Shown here piece after piece: positions 39,983-53,029 of a stretch of 64,000 nucleotides of DNA. Positions within the stretch are counted from its first letter, which is position 1. Every line of letters starts with the position of its first letter. The DNA comes from Bigelowiella natans CCMP2755 (lineage: Eukaryota; Protista; Cercozoa), in the NCBI GenBank assembly GCA_000320545.1, contig ADNK01001162.1:1-64000 (forward strand), read 5' to 3'. A model generated the notes under the pieces. It was not told the origin of the DNA, did no database searches, and worked only from the letters and a program-made list of their open reading frames with translations. The translations under genes and the position numbers were made by a program.

Positions 39983-42424
39983 ACGATGATTCAATATGAC
40001 ATCATTACAGTAATCGCTCCTACCACCAGTACCCACCTCCACTCTTCTTCTTAACAGCAGCAGCCTTCTTCTCCTCAGGATCCTTCTTCGCATTCTTTCC
40101 AGCTGATCCTTCTTTTTCCTTACGGATGGCAGATAACATTTGCTTGTAGATCGATTGTGTTATCTTGCCAGAATCAAGAAGTGCTTTTGCCTCGGCTTCT
40201 TCATCTTTCTTCGTCCCAGCTGATCCTTCCTTTTCCTTAAGGATGGCAGATAACATTTGCTTGTAGATCGATTGCGTTATCTTGCCAGAATCAAGAAGTG
40301 CTTTTGCCTCGGCTTCTCCGCCTTTCTTCGTCCCAGCTGTTTCAGCTTCTTCTTTCTTAAGCTTGACCTCATTGATAAACTCTTTAGGCCATTTAGATCG
40401 TCCCACTAATCCTTGTGACAATCGTTTGTCCATCGGGATGAATCTGCAAAGGAGGAGGAGGAGGAGGAGGAGGAGGAGGAGGAGGATTGAAGGACAACCA
40501 AAATCATCACCAGCCATCACCACTACCACCATGAGAAGGAGGAGGAGGAGGAGGAAGATTGAAGGAAGAAGCAAAATCATCACCACAACCATAACCACCC
40601 CCCCTACCACCATGAAGGACTTCGTCGACATCGTTGCAATCACCTTGCCACAGACGCATTCGTTGGACGTAAGTAACCTGCAATGGTTGATGTTCACATA
40701 ACCATCGTTATCAGGAATTAGGAGGAGGAGAAGGCTCGATGTTGAATAGTACAATATATGTACTTCAGTTATGACAATTAGTAGTGCTGCTACCTGTAAC
40801 CTTCATATCTTCCGTCTTACTCTCGACAATCTTGTCATCCCAAAATAGATCATCATATTATTGTTGTTACCATCGTTATCATCATCATAATAATCACCAT
40901 CACCATTGCTATATACGTACTTAAAAGAATAGAAGAATTATTTTATTTAAATTTATATCTACCGCGACAACAATCCCCTTTAATTGCTCGTTATCGCCTT
41001 TCGCTTCTGGTGATGGTATGGTGGCATATCATAGGCGAGTTCATAGGTATAGTAACACCATTTGAGAAAAGGAAGGATTGGGGAGGGGATGTTTTGGGAA
41101 CTTCCTTTACATCCGCATCACAGCTTTATCTAGTCTACCCCCCTTTCTTCTTCTTCTTTTTCTTCTTCCAGCACCAACAACATTTATTCAATTATTCCCA
41201 TGTGGATTCATGAATTCGGTTGATTGCTGATTGATAATTAAGCTTATGCATATTGTAACAGAACCACTTCGATGAGAAATAAAATAGTCATGCAATTTAT
41301 TAATAACCTTCTTTTGTGCTATTTTTCCTTCCTTTTTCTTGTAGTATCTTTACTGCAACGATGTCTCCATTTAGTGCTCGGTTGCGCTCTTTAAATCCAT
41401 CAATGAGAATATCTCTAAATTAAGTGAAATGACATAGAAGCAGTGGGATGGGAGGAGGAGGGAGGGACGGAAAGAGGCGGAACAAGCGATGTTACATATA
41501 TTGTTGATGTTTGTTGTAAGTGGCAGTAGCAAAAACAAGAAACGGTACTACGATATGAAGGAAATATTACAGTGGAGACGGGTTATTGAAACAAATTCGT
41601 TAGAATGATATTGTTGCTACTCTTCTTCTCGGTATTTCTCCAATCCCCTCCTCCTCCCCTCGTTATCATCATTCGGAATAACAAGTTAGTTGTCACAGAA
41701 GAATTGTCCTTCTATTGACTCTATTCGTCGTCAAAGTTGTGTGTGTGTGTAGTAGTAGTACAAATAATAGCAACTACCTGATAGAAGTCCCAGTAGTATT
41801 TTTCTCTGCTGCTGCTGCTCCGTTATCTTCCCCCCTATAAACATGAGGAGCTACATACGCCTTCCGCGGATTCTTTCTATTAACGCGGATAGGGGCAATG
41901 ATAAGGGCGTCTTTATCACGGATAGAAGAAGCTGAATTAGATGCTCTTTTAGCTTCTTCAAGTTCTATTATTGACAAATGCTCCGCGAACATCGGTTTCC
42001 TCTTCTTTGGTTCTGCTTCTGTTGTTGTCTTCTTCTTCTTCAACCGTACGTGCTTCTCATCTTTTTGACCTTTCTGCATAGCGGTAGCACCACCAGCTGC
42101 AGCACCTGCCTTCTTACTCTCCAATTTTACACTAATAACCTTTGCAAATTCTGAAGAGGGAGGAGCAACAACAGCAGTTGCAAAGTCGGCAGAGGTAGGA
42201 GGAGGCAAGCTAGACGGGACTGGTTTTCCTATAGGAAACTTGCTCCTATTGTTTGTTCGCCAGTTAGTTGTTGATGATGATGATGATTGCGGTGTAATGA
42301 TGAAACTCCGAATTAGATTGCGGCACAAGACAATACGCTCTTTGATTAACTTTTTCATTGTCATGGTAACATTTTAGGTTAACAGATCTTGCTCTTGCTT
42401 CTTCATTATCTCATCGTTAGGTTT

Positions 42425-42468
<44 letters not shown>

Positions 42469-42488
42469 TAAGCCGGTGCGCACGGTGC

Positions 42489-42532
<44 letters not shown>

Positions 42533-43868
42533 ATTTATTGATGTACATTAGTTTTGCAACCACTAGCCAATCAACCAACCATCAACCATAGAATTACAAT
42601 GATGCTACTGTCTACTGCAGGTGCTACTACTACCGCTACACCTACTACTACTACTACTACTACTACTACTGAATATCAACGTACCAAGCTGGCCATCTCC
42701 TTATCTTGACATTGAAATCTGTCTTCGGAAGAAGAAGTGATTTCACTTTTCCCTTTTTACTTTTTTCCTTGGTCTTGTTTCTCTTCTTCCCATCTTCTTC
42801 TTCTTCTTGTTCTTGCTCATCATCGTCGTCATCATTAGTATTGATCTCAGAGTCGAAATTAGATAGGTTTATTGCCACCATCTTGATGCTACACATCATA
42901 GGACACAAGGCCCATTCATCATTGATAATCGTCGTTGTTATCACTGTAGAGAACATTTATCATAACACAGTACACCCACCTTATATCTTGAGTTTCAAAT
43001 CGAAGCAAGTTTCCAAATTGAATTGGATGACCCTGTTGGCATTACAAATTCCCAAATAGGATTAGATGATGTGACCTTATTGACATACTAGTCGGTCAGG
43101 CAGTGCATGGAAACTGTTGGAAAGAAATATGTGAAGAAGAATACTATGGTAGAAGCGAATAAAAATCGTCAATGTAAATGTTAGAATCAGCAGCATATCA
43201 AATTTGATGAATAGTACGTTGGAACCCAACTCGAGTTTACCTCGAACAACCTGCGTATACAAGCTATGTGATACGCTTACAACACGCACACGCACACGCA
43301 TCCAACATGCACACACAACATGTGAATGTATATGCACATTCACATAATGCACTAATAAAGGACAGCGTCGAATTATTACAAGATTGTATCTGTATGTCTG
43401 AGTTTTGTAATGCATTTCACTTGCATATGTACTGGATTATGAACCTTGTTTTTCCAACTTTTTTTTTTCCATTTGTCCACAACTTGGAGACCCCTTTTCT
43501 CACCTGCTGATCCTTTTCTTTCCTTGTGCATGGAAGAAGCTTTTGCCTCGGCTTCTTCGTCTTTCTTCTTCGATTCCTTGGCTTTCTTTTTTTTGTCTCT
43601 CTTCGCTTTTTTTTTTTTGGCCTTCTTTGACTGGGAATTGTCTCCTTCGATTTTAACAGCTGAAGAATGAGAAGCTTGACCATCATTGGGAGACAGGCGA
43701 AGTCTATCAAACTCAGCGTCCATTTCATCGAAGAACTAATGATATGATGATCATGAGATGATGGTCATGACACGATATTGCCTCAATATGGATAAGTAGA
43801 AGGACCTGCGTAACGTTTCCGTCTTCGGGGCCTTGGCCTTCAAATTCCTTCGGTAAACTAGGATCCAT
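32036..43868 (-). CDS. DIS3L2: DIS3L2-like RNase II/R family 3'-5' exoribonuclease (many exons)
   Basis: CSD1: [19 protein letters not shown] and [23 protein letters not shown] (~41350-41410). RNB: [35 protein letters not shown] (~38500-38560), [49 protein letters not shown] (~34320-34375). Stop at 32036 and putative start MDPSLPKEF at 43868. No PIN domain seen. Confidence 0.85.
40099..40339 (-). repeat. 117-bp (39-aa) in-frame tandem duplication within a DIS3L2 exon
   Basis: ccagctg recurs at 40099, 40216 and 40333. Unit: AGTKK(DE/GG)[25 protein letters not shown](R/L)KEKEGS. Confidence 0.92.
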
Positions 43869-44605
43869 AATTAAAATGTGCACACGCGGGAGAGATAGAT
43901 AAAGTAATGTTTTGCGTAATATATATCTGTGACAATCCAAAATAAATGTCGCATGTTCGAATTCCCAAAAATTTATACATTTTGGCATTTGTTATTTGTT
44001 GAAGCTCTTTTTTTGGAATTTTCTGGGAATGGGTGCGTTTGAGTAAGAATGATTCCGAAAGTATCAGATCTTAATTTGGCAGCAACCAAGACATATTTTC
44101 CCAGTTTTCTCTAGGTGTTATTATACACTGCAGATATTCATCCAAAGACAACACTAACAACAACAACATAGCAGGCTTGATTGATTGAGATTGATTGAGA
44201 TTGACTGGCACCAATCATGCCAGCCAGTAGTGTAGTCACGAAGGATAGCTGCTAAATCAGCAGTAGCAAGCCATTTAGTTGTTGCGTCTCCAAATTATCT
44301 CTAAATGACACAATAATTACCCCGCCTTACCTCCACATTCTGACGTCTTCTCTTTTTAACTGCAACCGAGGGGACAGAGAGCTGAGGCTCTGACCACCCG
44401 ATCAAATCTGCAGCCAGCAGCCACCAGCAACCTGGGGAACGAACCATTCGACTGGGAAGAGTTTTTGAATTTTGAGGGGCTGTCGTCACCACCATCGAGA
44501 AGACTCCCTTTTTCCTTCTTCCTCATTTCCAGCCAGTCACGCCTTCAGACCTTCCCTTAACGCACAGCTAGCCCTTTTCTTTGAGAGATAAAACTCCAAC
44601 AGAAA
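43869..44605. promoter_or_regulatory. Divergent promoter region, DIS3L2 / Lon
   Basis: About 740 bp between head-to-head putative starts. Inferred from orientation only. Confidence 0.45.
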
Positions 44606-46273
44606 ATGTTCAAGCAAACAAAAATTCCTTGGGTAGAAAAACATTCTTATTCTTCATGAATACAACGGTTGCATTTCTCCTTCTTTTGAGCTCACGCTTC
44701 CACTTGTTCTACAAATACAAAGGTGAGACTTGGCCGGGCTGGTCGAACGACACGTGCCTTCTCCATTGCTCGAAAGATCCTTTCTACACCACTGGTCTGT
44801 AACAAATTTATAATATCATCCTTAAAACAACAGTTTGAATGTAAAAAAGGCATCAACTTTACCCTAAAATGATCGACTGCAGGTTTATTCTTCTACTTCT
44901 TATGGAACACCGTCAAGCTCGACGATGGCTCGTTTGAACCCACGTGGAAAATCTGCAATATTCTTAACAACAAGGCGAAACTTTTGGAATCAACTTGATG
45001 GAGTCAGCTTTGCTAAGGTTGCAGGCAATGATAGCGATGGCACAAATGGTTCGTCGTACTGTTTATTATGCTGTCGGCATTAGACGCCTTACAGAGTCAT
45101 TATGTATCCACAGCAAGTGGGACGCAAGGATCTGGTAACCAGCTCCTACGACCGGTTGCAATACGATAAATGTTAATCTTTAAATTAATGGGGATGATTG
45201 TAGTGGATCAGCCAGATGAGAATTAAGAATTGATGCTAATTAGGGTGACATACCATCATTTCCACAAATTACGGCAATACCTCTGCAAAAACGACCATTG
45301 CTCCCAGGTTGACTAAACAAGTATAAGAGGGATCATCACATAAGGATGAGAAGAAGAAGAAATATGCTCAGAAGATGAAACAGTATTGTAACTACTACTT
45401 GCGTAGGCCCCTACTATCCTTTACCAGTAAATGATGCAGAACTAGCTGCCCATCTGCTCCGATTGCATTCCCAGGTTGTTTTTATGTACACGCCTCTACT
45501 CTCTCTCTCTCTCTCTCTCTCCCTCTCTCTCTCTCTCTATTTATCTATCTCTCCCTTTGAGGTGGTCGTCATACTTGAGAGAGGGAATTCTTATGGTGTT
45601 GTATCATCCTTCTGATGTGATAACATTTGTTTGTCTATCTATAGGGATCTCCATATGTTGGTGGATTCCTCCGTCGAAGTGATCAATCCAGGACAACAGA
45701 AACGACAACGAACTCTGATGGCCAGGATGTTAGTCATAATGTCTTCGTGCACGCAGAAAGGGGGAGGTCGGGGGGGGGGGGGGGATGATAATTGTAAGAA
45801 GTAAAAATAAAAAGGATCATGATGAGATGTCCAGAGCGGAGCTTGTGTAGAACTTTCTGAAGAGAGAGAAGCAAAACCATCAACACAGAAAGACGCCGAA
45901 AAGAGGAAGAGAAACAAAGTGAATGAAGCCAAAAGAGCAGTTGAAGCATATCCTCCCCCTCCTCTTCCTCGTACACCACCACTTGATTAGGGAACAGTTA
46001 GGGAAGAAGACACAAAAGACAGCAACTACAACAGCAAAGACGATGATGATGATGCGACGATGAATAAACATCACCAATCTGCTAATACAATGGGGGACAC
46101 GGTTTCGTCAGGAATCAAGGTTAGAAATAGAACAAGAACAAGGATCCCTGTAAAGTGTATCCGTTCACAAAAACAACAACTTCACGTGATTATATACAAC
46201 ATGCTTAATATTTCTACTGCTTATATTGAACAGATAGTGCAGTTCTTTGTTTGATATGATGACATATGTGTGT

Positions 46274-46315
<42 letters not shown>

Positions 46316-47182
46316 GTGTGCGTATGTGTGAGCGAGAGAGAGAGAGAGAGAGTTTGTCAAAAAATTATGATAATGAATTCTCATCGTATCTTAGCACTAG
46401 ATAGTATTATACGTGATAGATAACAACATTGGTCAAAAGTTGTTGTTGCATTGTACGCGCTGTGATTTATCAGTCGTTGGATGAGATAGAAAACGTTGGA
46501 ATACTAGCTCAAATTAACCAGATTGTCCGCAATCCTTACGATTCTGGGATACAGGTTGTAACAGATGATGATATTTATGATGATGATCTTCATCTGCTAT
46601 TGTTGTCCGACCTATTAGGAGAATATATTTCATTTAATGCCAACTGTCAGCAACATACCAACATCCATATCTCCTCCTTTTCATTCCATTGTTTCCCCCT
46701 TCTTCGTACCCCCCCCCCCCCCCCCCCAATCAAGGTTATCCTCCTAGGCCACAGAAGAATCAAAATTGAGGAATTGGTAAGTATGCTGCTGATGCTTCTT
46801 CGTTGCATACTTGTCGTGTATACTGATCGTTATGTCATTGCGCGGACCTATCTTGTCAGAGAAAGCACAATAAGCACATATCCATTAATATCATTATTAT
46901 TATTTTTTTTTGCATATCCTAGTATGATTCTTCCATGTTTACTACTACATTTATTCTAACATCTCATCACCTCAGTTGTCGGTGGATCCTGTCTGCAATG
47001 TAAAGATCACGCATCATCCTGATAAGCAATATAAAACCTCCTCTGATACAGTAAAGGTGCTCATGATGTGTGTAGTCATGATAAGGATGATAATAACAAA
47101 ACCATACAGTGAAGAAATGAAAGATGAAAAGAAGAAAGGCAGTTGGATACTGATAGATGGTGTCACAAACACGATCTAGTTG

Positions 47183-47213
<31 letters not shown>

Positions 47214-49738
47214 AGATCATCATCCTGACCGACAAGAACAGTAACAACAGCATGTTGCAGGCATATTGCAATGAACTATTGTCTACGCTGAAAGAGCTTC
47301 TGCAGTACAATCCGGTTTGTCATCTACCTCATCGTGCGTGTTTGTGTGTGTGCGTGATCATTATCCTTCATAGCGATGTAAGTGTTTGTGCATTTGATTA
47401 TCATCGTACCAACATCATCATCATCTTCCTCCTCCTCCTCCTCCTTTCTCATTTTTCCGTCTGAACAACAACAACAACAATAAATACTGCTACTACTACT
47501 ACTACTACTACTCTTGTAGGTTTTCAAGGAACAGCTGCAATTGTTGGTGGCAAATGTAGATTTGGGAGATCCAGGTATGCTGGCAGATGTTTCGGCTTCA
47601 TTAACTGCTCAAGATCAGAAAGCAGTGCAAAAAGTGCTTGAAGCCTTTGACCATGAAGAAAGGTTAGGGTTGGCTTTGGTTCTCCTAAGAAAGGAGCTCG
47701 AGGTGTCCAAACTGCAGAAGGAAATCAGCAAGAAAGTAGAGGAGAAAGTTAACGAAAACCATAGGAAGTTCCTGCTACAGGAACAACTCAAAAATATAAA
47801 ACGAGAGCTGGGATTGGAGAAAGATGACAAAGAATCACTCCTAGCAAAATTTAAAGATCAAATCCATTCAAAGGAAGTGCCTGAAGAGGCAATGAAGACA
47901 ATAAAAGAAGAGATGGAGCGTCTCTCAAGCCTAGAAGCGTCATCATCTGAATTCAACGTGACCCGTAATTATCTTGAATGGTTGACATCTCTTCCGTGGG
48001 GCTTGCACTCCAACGAGAACTTCAGCATTCGTCGCGCAGAAAGGGTTCTTGATCGTGATCACTACGGTCTGGAAGATGTGAAGAATCGAATCCTTGAGTT
48101 CATTGCAGTGGGTAAGAGGTTGGGGGCAGTACCACAAGGCAAGATTGTGTGTCTTATGGGACCTCCTGGCGTTGGTAAAACATCAATAGGGAAATCTATA
48201 GCAGAAGCTCTAGGTAGAGAATTCTATCGATTCTCTGTGGGAGGACTGTTTGATGTAGCAGAGATCAAAGGACATCGAAGAACATACATTGGTGCAATGC
48301 CTGGCAAGCTCATCCAATGCCTCAAAAAGACGCAAACGTCCAATCCAGTGATCATGATTGATGAAATAGACAAAATCGGGCAAGGCCATAGAGGCGACCC
48401 TTCCTCCGCTCTGCTGGAAGTATTAGATCCCTCCCAGAATGGTAGCTTCATGGATCATTATCTCGATGTACCCGTTGACTTATCACGTGTGCTGTTCATT
48501 TGCACGGCAAATGTTACAGAGAGTATCCCAGGCCCCCTAGCAGATAGAATGGAGTTTATCAGACTCTCAGGCTACATCTTGCAAGAGAAGTTGGAAATTG
48601 CTAAAGAATATCTATCCCCGACCGCTTTGAAGGAAACAGGGTTGTCGCGGGAGGAAGTAGAACTTACGGATGATGCCCTTGAAGCACTGATTAGATGGTG
48701 AGGAGGATTTAATTCGTAGTGAATGAGCTCATCATGTCTTTGCATGTTGGTATATGTGTCGTCTTACACCAGAAACATGCAGTAATGCAGCAAACGCACG
48801 CACACAAACTAGAATCATTTTCTTTTTCATCATCATCATCACCACCATCATCATATTAATTCTCAGTTTTGTGAGATGGTATATGATTTGATCTTATTAT
48901 TTCTCACATTATTATATTATCACCATCCTCCTCCTCCTTCCTTGGTAGGTATTGTCGAGAGGCAGGAGTCAGAAACCTTCAAAAGCACATAAATCGTGTG
49001 TACAGGAAGGCAGCTTTGCATTTAGTAAAAGCAGATGAAGGTTTGATTACAGGGGAGGAGGAGGAGGAGGAAAAGAAGGGGAAAGAGGAGAATATGTCAA
49101 CGGCTAAGATAGCCAACAAAGATGAAGATCAAAAGGAATGCGGATCATCATCATCATCATCATCGGCAGCAGGAGCATTATCAACAATCGCGAGAAATCT
49201 TTTCAACTGGGGAGGAGGAAGCGGAGGAGGCGGGGGATTTTTCTCTCCAAAGGCGAATATCAATCTGCCTATTCGTGGTTGTTGTTATTATAATATTACC
49301 AATATTTACACTGTTATTAACTTACTGCGACAGATTAAATCGCATCACCCTGATACAACAACAACAATAACAACAATAACAATAACAACATACGCTTGTT
49401 CTCTTTCTCTTTCTCTTTCTTCTAGTGACCAAGGATAACTTACGAGATTATGTGGGCAAGGTAGTAGCAAGTGTTAACTATCTATTTTTCATCCATCAAC
49501 TCAGCACTTCCCACGGCCAACCATGATCCCTTCGTTTCTTCCCATTCTTCTTCTTCCTCCTCCTCTTCTTGTTATAACACCATGCATGATTTCTCTTCCT
49601 CCTCCTCCTCCTCCTCCTCCTCCTCCTCCTCTTCGTCATCCTCCTCCTCGTGACTATCAGCCAATGTTTACATCTGTTAAACTCTACGATCACACACCTG
49701 TTGGAGTTGTCATGGGCCTGGCTTTCAATCAGGTGCTC

Positions 49739-49770
<32 letters not shown>

Positions 49771-50378
49771 AGTAAGTAGTGGTATTTGTTGAAGTAGTTG
49801 TTGTAGTGTAAAGAGGCGCTACATCAACGATTATGTGAGAGAGAGAAAAAGTGACAGGGAGAAAGGACAAAGAGCATTTAAAACAATGGATGAATAGTGA
49901 TGATTGAATCACTACATAAATCAGATGGGAGGCGCCACGTTGTATATAGAAGTTACGTCGGTTGACTCTTTCAAAGATGATGATGGAAGGTGGTGTGTGA
50001 TGATAATGATGATAATGATGAGGATGATGATGATGGTGATGAGGATGACGATGATGATCAGAGTGGTGGTGAGAGATAACAATGTAGAAGAAGAAGGAGG
50101 AGGAGGAGGAGAATGAAAGAGGGAACAACAAAGAAGATCTTACTAGATGTTGGTGATAACAGGAGCAGTGTAGATTTGTTGTAGAAGAATGTTTTGTTAT
50201 TATCATCATGATCATTATGATCATCACCATCTATCACCGTTATCGTAGGGCTGGTCTGAAGTGTACAGGGCAGTTAGGCGATGTGATGAAAGAAAGCTCA
50301 CAGATAGCGTATGATCATGACGATGATGGTGCTGATGATCAACTGCGCTGTGACTTCATGCACATATATATCTTATAT

Positions 50379-50418
<40 letters not shown>

Positions 50419-50575
50419 TTGTAGTAGTATACGAATGAGAACAGCGAGCAGGATACCCTCCTCTCCCATAATGCAATATATTATTAAATACTGAACTGTA
50501 CCAAGATAGCGATCTTGAAGCCTTCACCAGAGAGGAGGAGGACAAAAGTGCCGATTTAATAACATATATAAACAT

Positions 50576-50616
<41 letters not shown>

Positions 50617-51410
50617 TATACTGCTCGAATGATGTTGAATTAACATAATAATAGATGGACGGTCGCGAAGAAAGTCCTTCGAGATCGTGATCCTTCAAAC
50701 CTATTCTTCTCGCAAAACTCACTACATATGCACGTTCCAGAAGGTCATGGTTTAATTCGGAAAATCATTGCTTTCCAACTACTTCCTACGCCTCACGTGT
50801 GATGACAATAGTGACACATAAGTACAGCATAGACTGCATATTATTTTAACAAATACAGCAACTCAGACTGCATACTAATATAACAATAACAACAACACAG
50901 GGGCCACACCAAAAGACGGTCCCTCTGCAGGGATCACCATGGTAATTGGTAGTAGTGTAGTAGTAGTAGTAGTTGTTGTTGTTGTAGTAATGGTGGTACT
51001 TTCCTTCTGCATCACTCACTTCTTTCTGTGTATGATCATGATCATCATCCATGAATAATTACCATCAGGTAACCGCACTGTTATCTGTAGCATCTGGGAA
51101 GCAGGTTGTGTTACATATATGTATAATACTGTGATGGTACTAGTGCACTTTTATTTATTCAATGCCTCGTCATAACAATCATAACATGCCATGAATGCCA
51201 GTACTACTTAAAGCGGTAGTATTTTGGGAGACACTTAATGATCGTTTTCGAGGTCAGAAAAGCACAGCAAAATCCGCAAAGGAAGATAATATGTATTGTT
51301 GCTACTACCACTCTACTACTACTACTACTACTGCTACCACTATAGGTTAGAAAGGATTTAGCCATGACTGGAGAAATCACTTTGACTGGAAGAGTTCTAC
51401 CAATAGGAGG

Positions 51411-51448
<38 letters not shown>

Positions 51449-52011
51449 AGAGCACCACCAGTACCAGCAGCAAGATTGTGTATGCAATTATTCGAAAGCT
51501 TTGCTTTTTGTACAATAATCCGAATATGGCATCACTAATTTGTTATGAAAAGGGAGAAATGTGGTTATTATTCACTGCTGCAACTGTTATCACCAATCAG
51601 GGTTAAAGAGAAAACTATAGCCGCCAGGAGAGAGATGGCGACAACTGTAATATTTCCAAAGGGCAACGAGAAGGTAGAAGAAATTGTGGAAAGAAGAAGG
51701 AGTACATGCTTCATAACAAAGCAAACTACGAAGAAGAAGATCTCTATCAATATCTCTGTTTTTATTAAAATAGACCAAACTACTATCAAATTGTTATGCA
51801 TGCTCACCACCACCATCGTCATCATCATCGTCATTATCATCATCATCATCATCCTGCTGCTTTCGGTTGTTAGGATTTTGAGGAGCTTCCCGACATGATC
51901 AAGGAAGGACTTTCACCTCACTTTGTAGAAACATACGATGAAGTATATGAAATCGCATTTGGTGATCATAAAATAGAAGAAGATGGCACACGCAGCAGCC
52001 AAGATTGTTAG
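44606..52011 (+). CDS. LONP1: Mitochondrial Lon protease (LONP1/PIM1), multi-exon
   Basis: Arg-rich presequence assembled from exons ([33 protein letters not shown]/..TTRRNFW). AAA+ exon ~47520-48697 with [31 protein letters not shown] and [13 protein letters not shown]. Protease exons [31 protein letters not shown] (Ser), [21 protein letters not shown] (Lys). Ends ..EVYEIAF..DC* at 52011. Confidence 0.93.
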
Positions 52012-52367
52012 CAATGTTGTTGCAAGGGTGCATTCATCAGCCACTGTGTTGGTCCGTACCTCCATTTCGAAGATTCAATGCTGTATGCGTTGGGAGGTGC
52101 TAATTGTGGTGCTGTGGTTAAAACACAGTGACAATGCCACAGTAGAATGTTCAATACTTCACACTGTAATGTGATATGATCGATAACAATCATTGTGCAC
52201 AGACACATGTATACTACGTGCGTGATGAAGATTCTAAACCTCACAAAGACAACACTAAGTCCGATTGTGGAACGCCGTGACATGCGTATCGTCATGTTGG
52301 CAAACTGTCTTCCACCTACCTCTATATGCGTGGACTACGCTGTAGACACAGCATCTACTACGTACAT

Positions 52368-52414
<47 letters not shown>

Positions 52415-53029
52415 AACACACACACGCAATAATGTATCCATTGTGTGGCCTCAACAACCCCACACGGCTAGGGCAAAAAAACAAAGCTCGGCATACACAC
52501 ATGGCAAATTGCTGGCTGTCATGCACGTGGCGATATAGCGATCAGCTGCTTCGCGATCACATATTTTATTATTTGCATGGTCTCTTGCACAACGATCAGA
52601 AATAATGCGAAACTTTTGCTCATGGCACACTCCTCAGACTAGCAGGGCTAGAGCAGTGACAAAACGCTTTAAGAAACTATTTTAGAATTTGGAGTAGCAT
52701 GCAACGAAAGAGAATCGGCTGCGGTCACGTACAGTGCTGACTTTCGCGACTGACTCTACATCAAATTCACTCCACAAGCGAGCATCCATTACATGTAGTT
52801 AGCTACTCGCATTGGCACTTCAGGCGGCGGAATGCTGCGCAAGCTGTACATTTTACGGTGTTCAACAATGGGTGCAAAAGGACTATTGTAGAGACTACTC
52901 ATCGAGCGTGTCGGGCGTTGAAGTTTATTATTACTGCGTCGTTTTCACAACCCAGTTATGACAATATGTTCAACAGAAAACATCGATTGAAGCTTTCATG
53001 CCGGGTGAATGAACCGATAATACGCCATT

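Noticed and set aside
32500-40000. Numerous poly-H/M/D/S/L/Y ORFs
   Set aside because: They are translations of intronic trinucleotide microsatellites within DIS3L2.
52020-53020. Convergent spacer between Lon and the RRM gene as another CTAG-rich tract
   Set aside because: Only about 3 CTAG. The texture is similar but the enrichment is not convincing.
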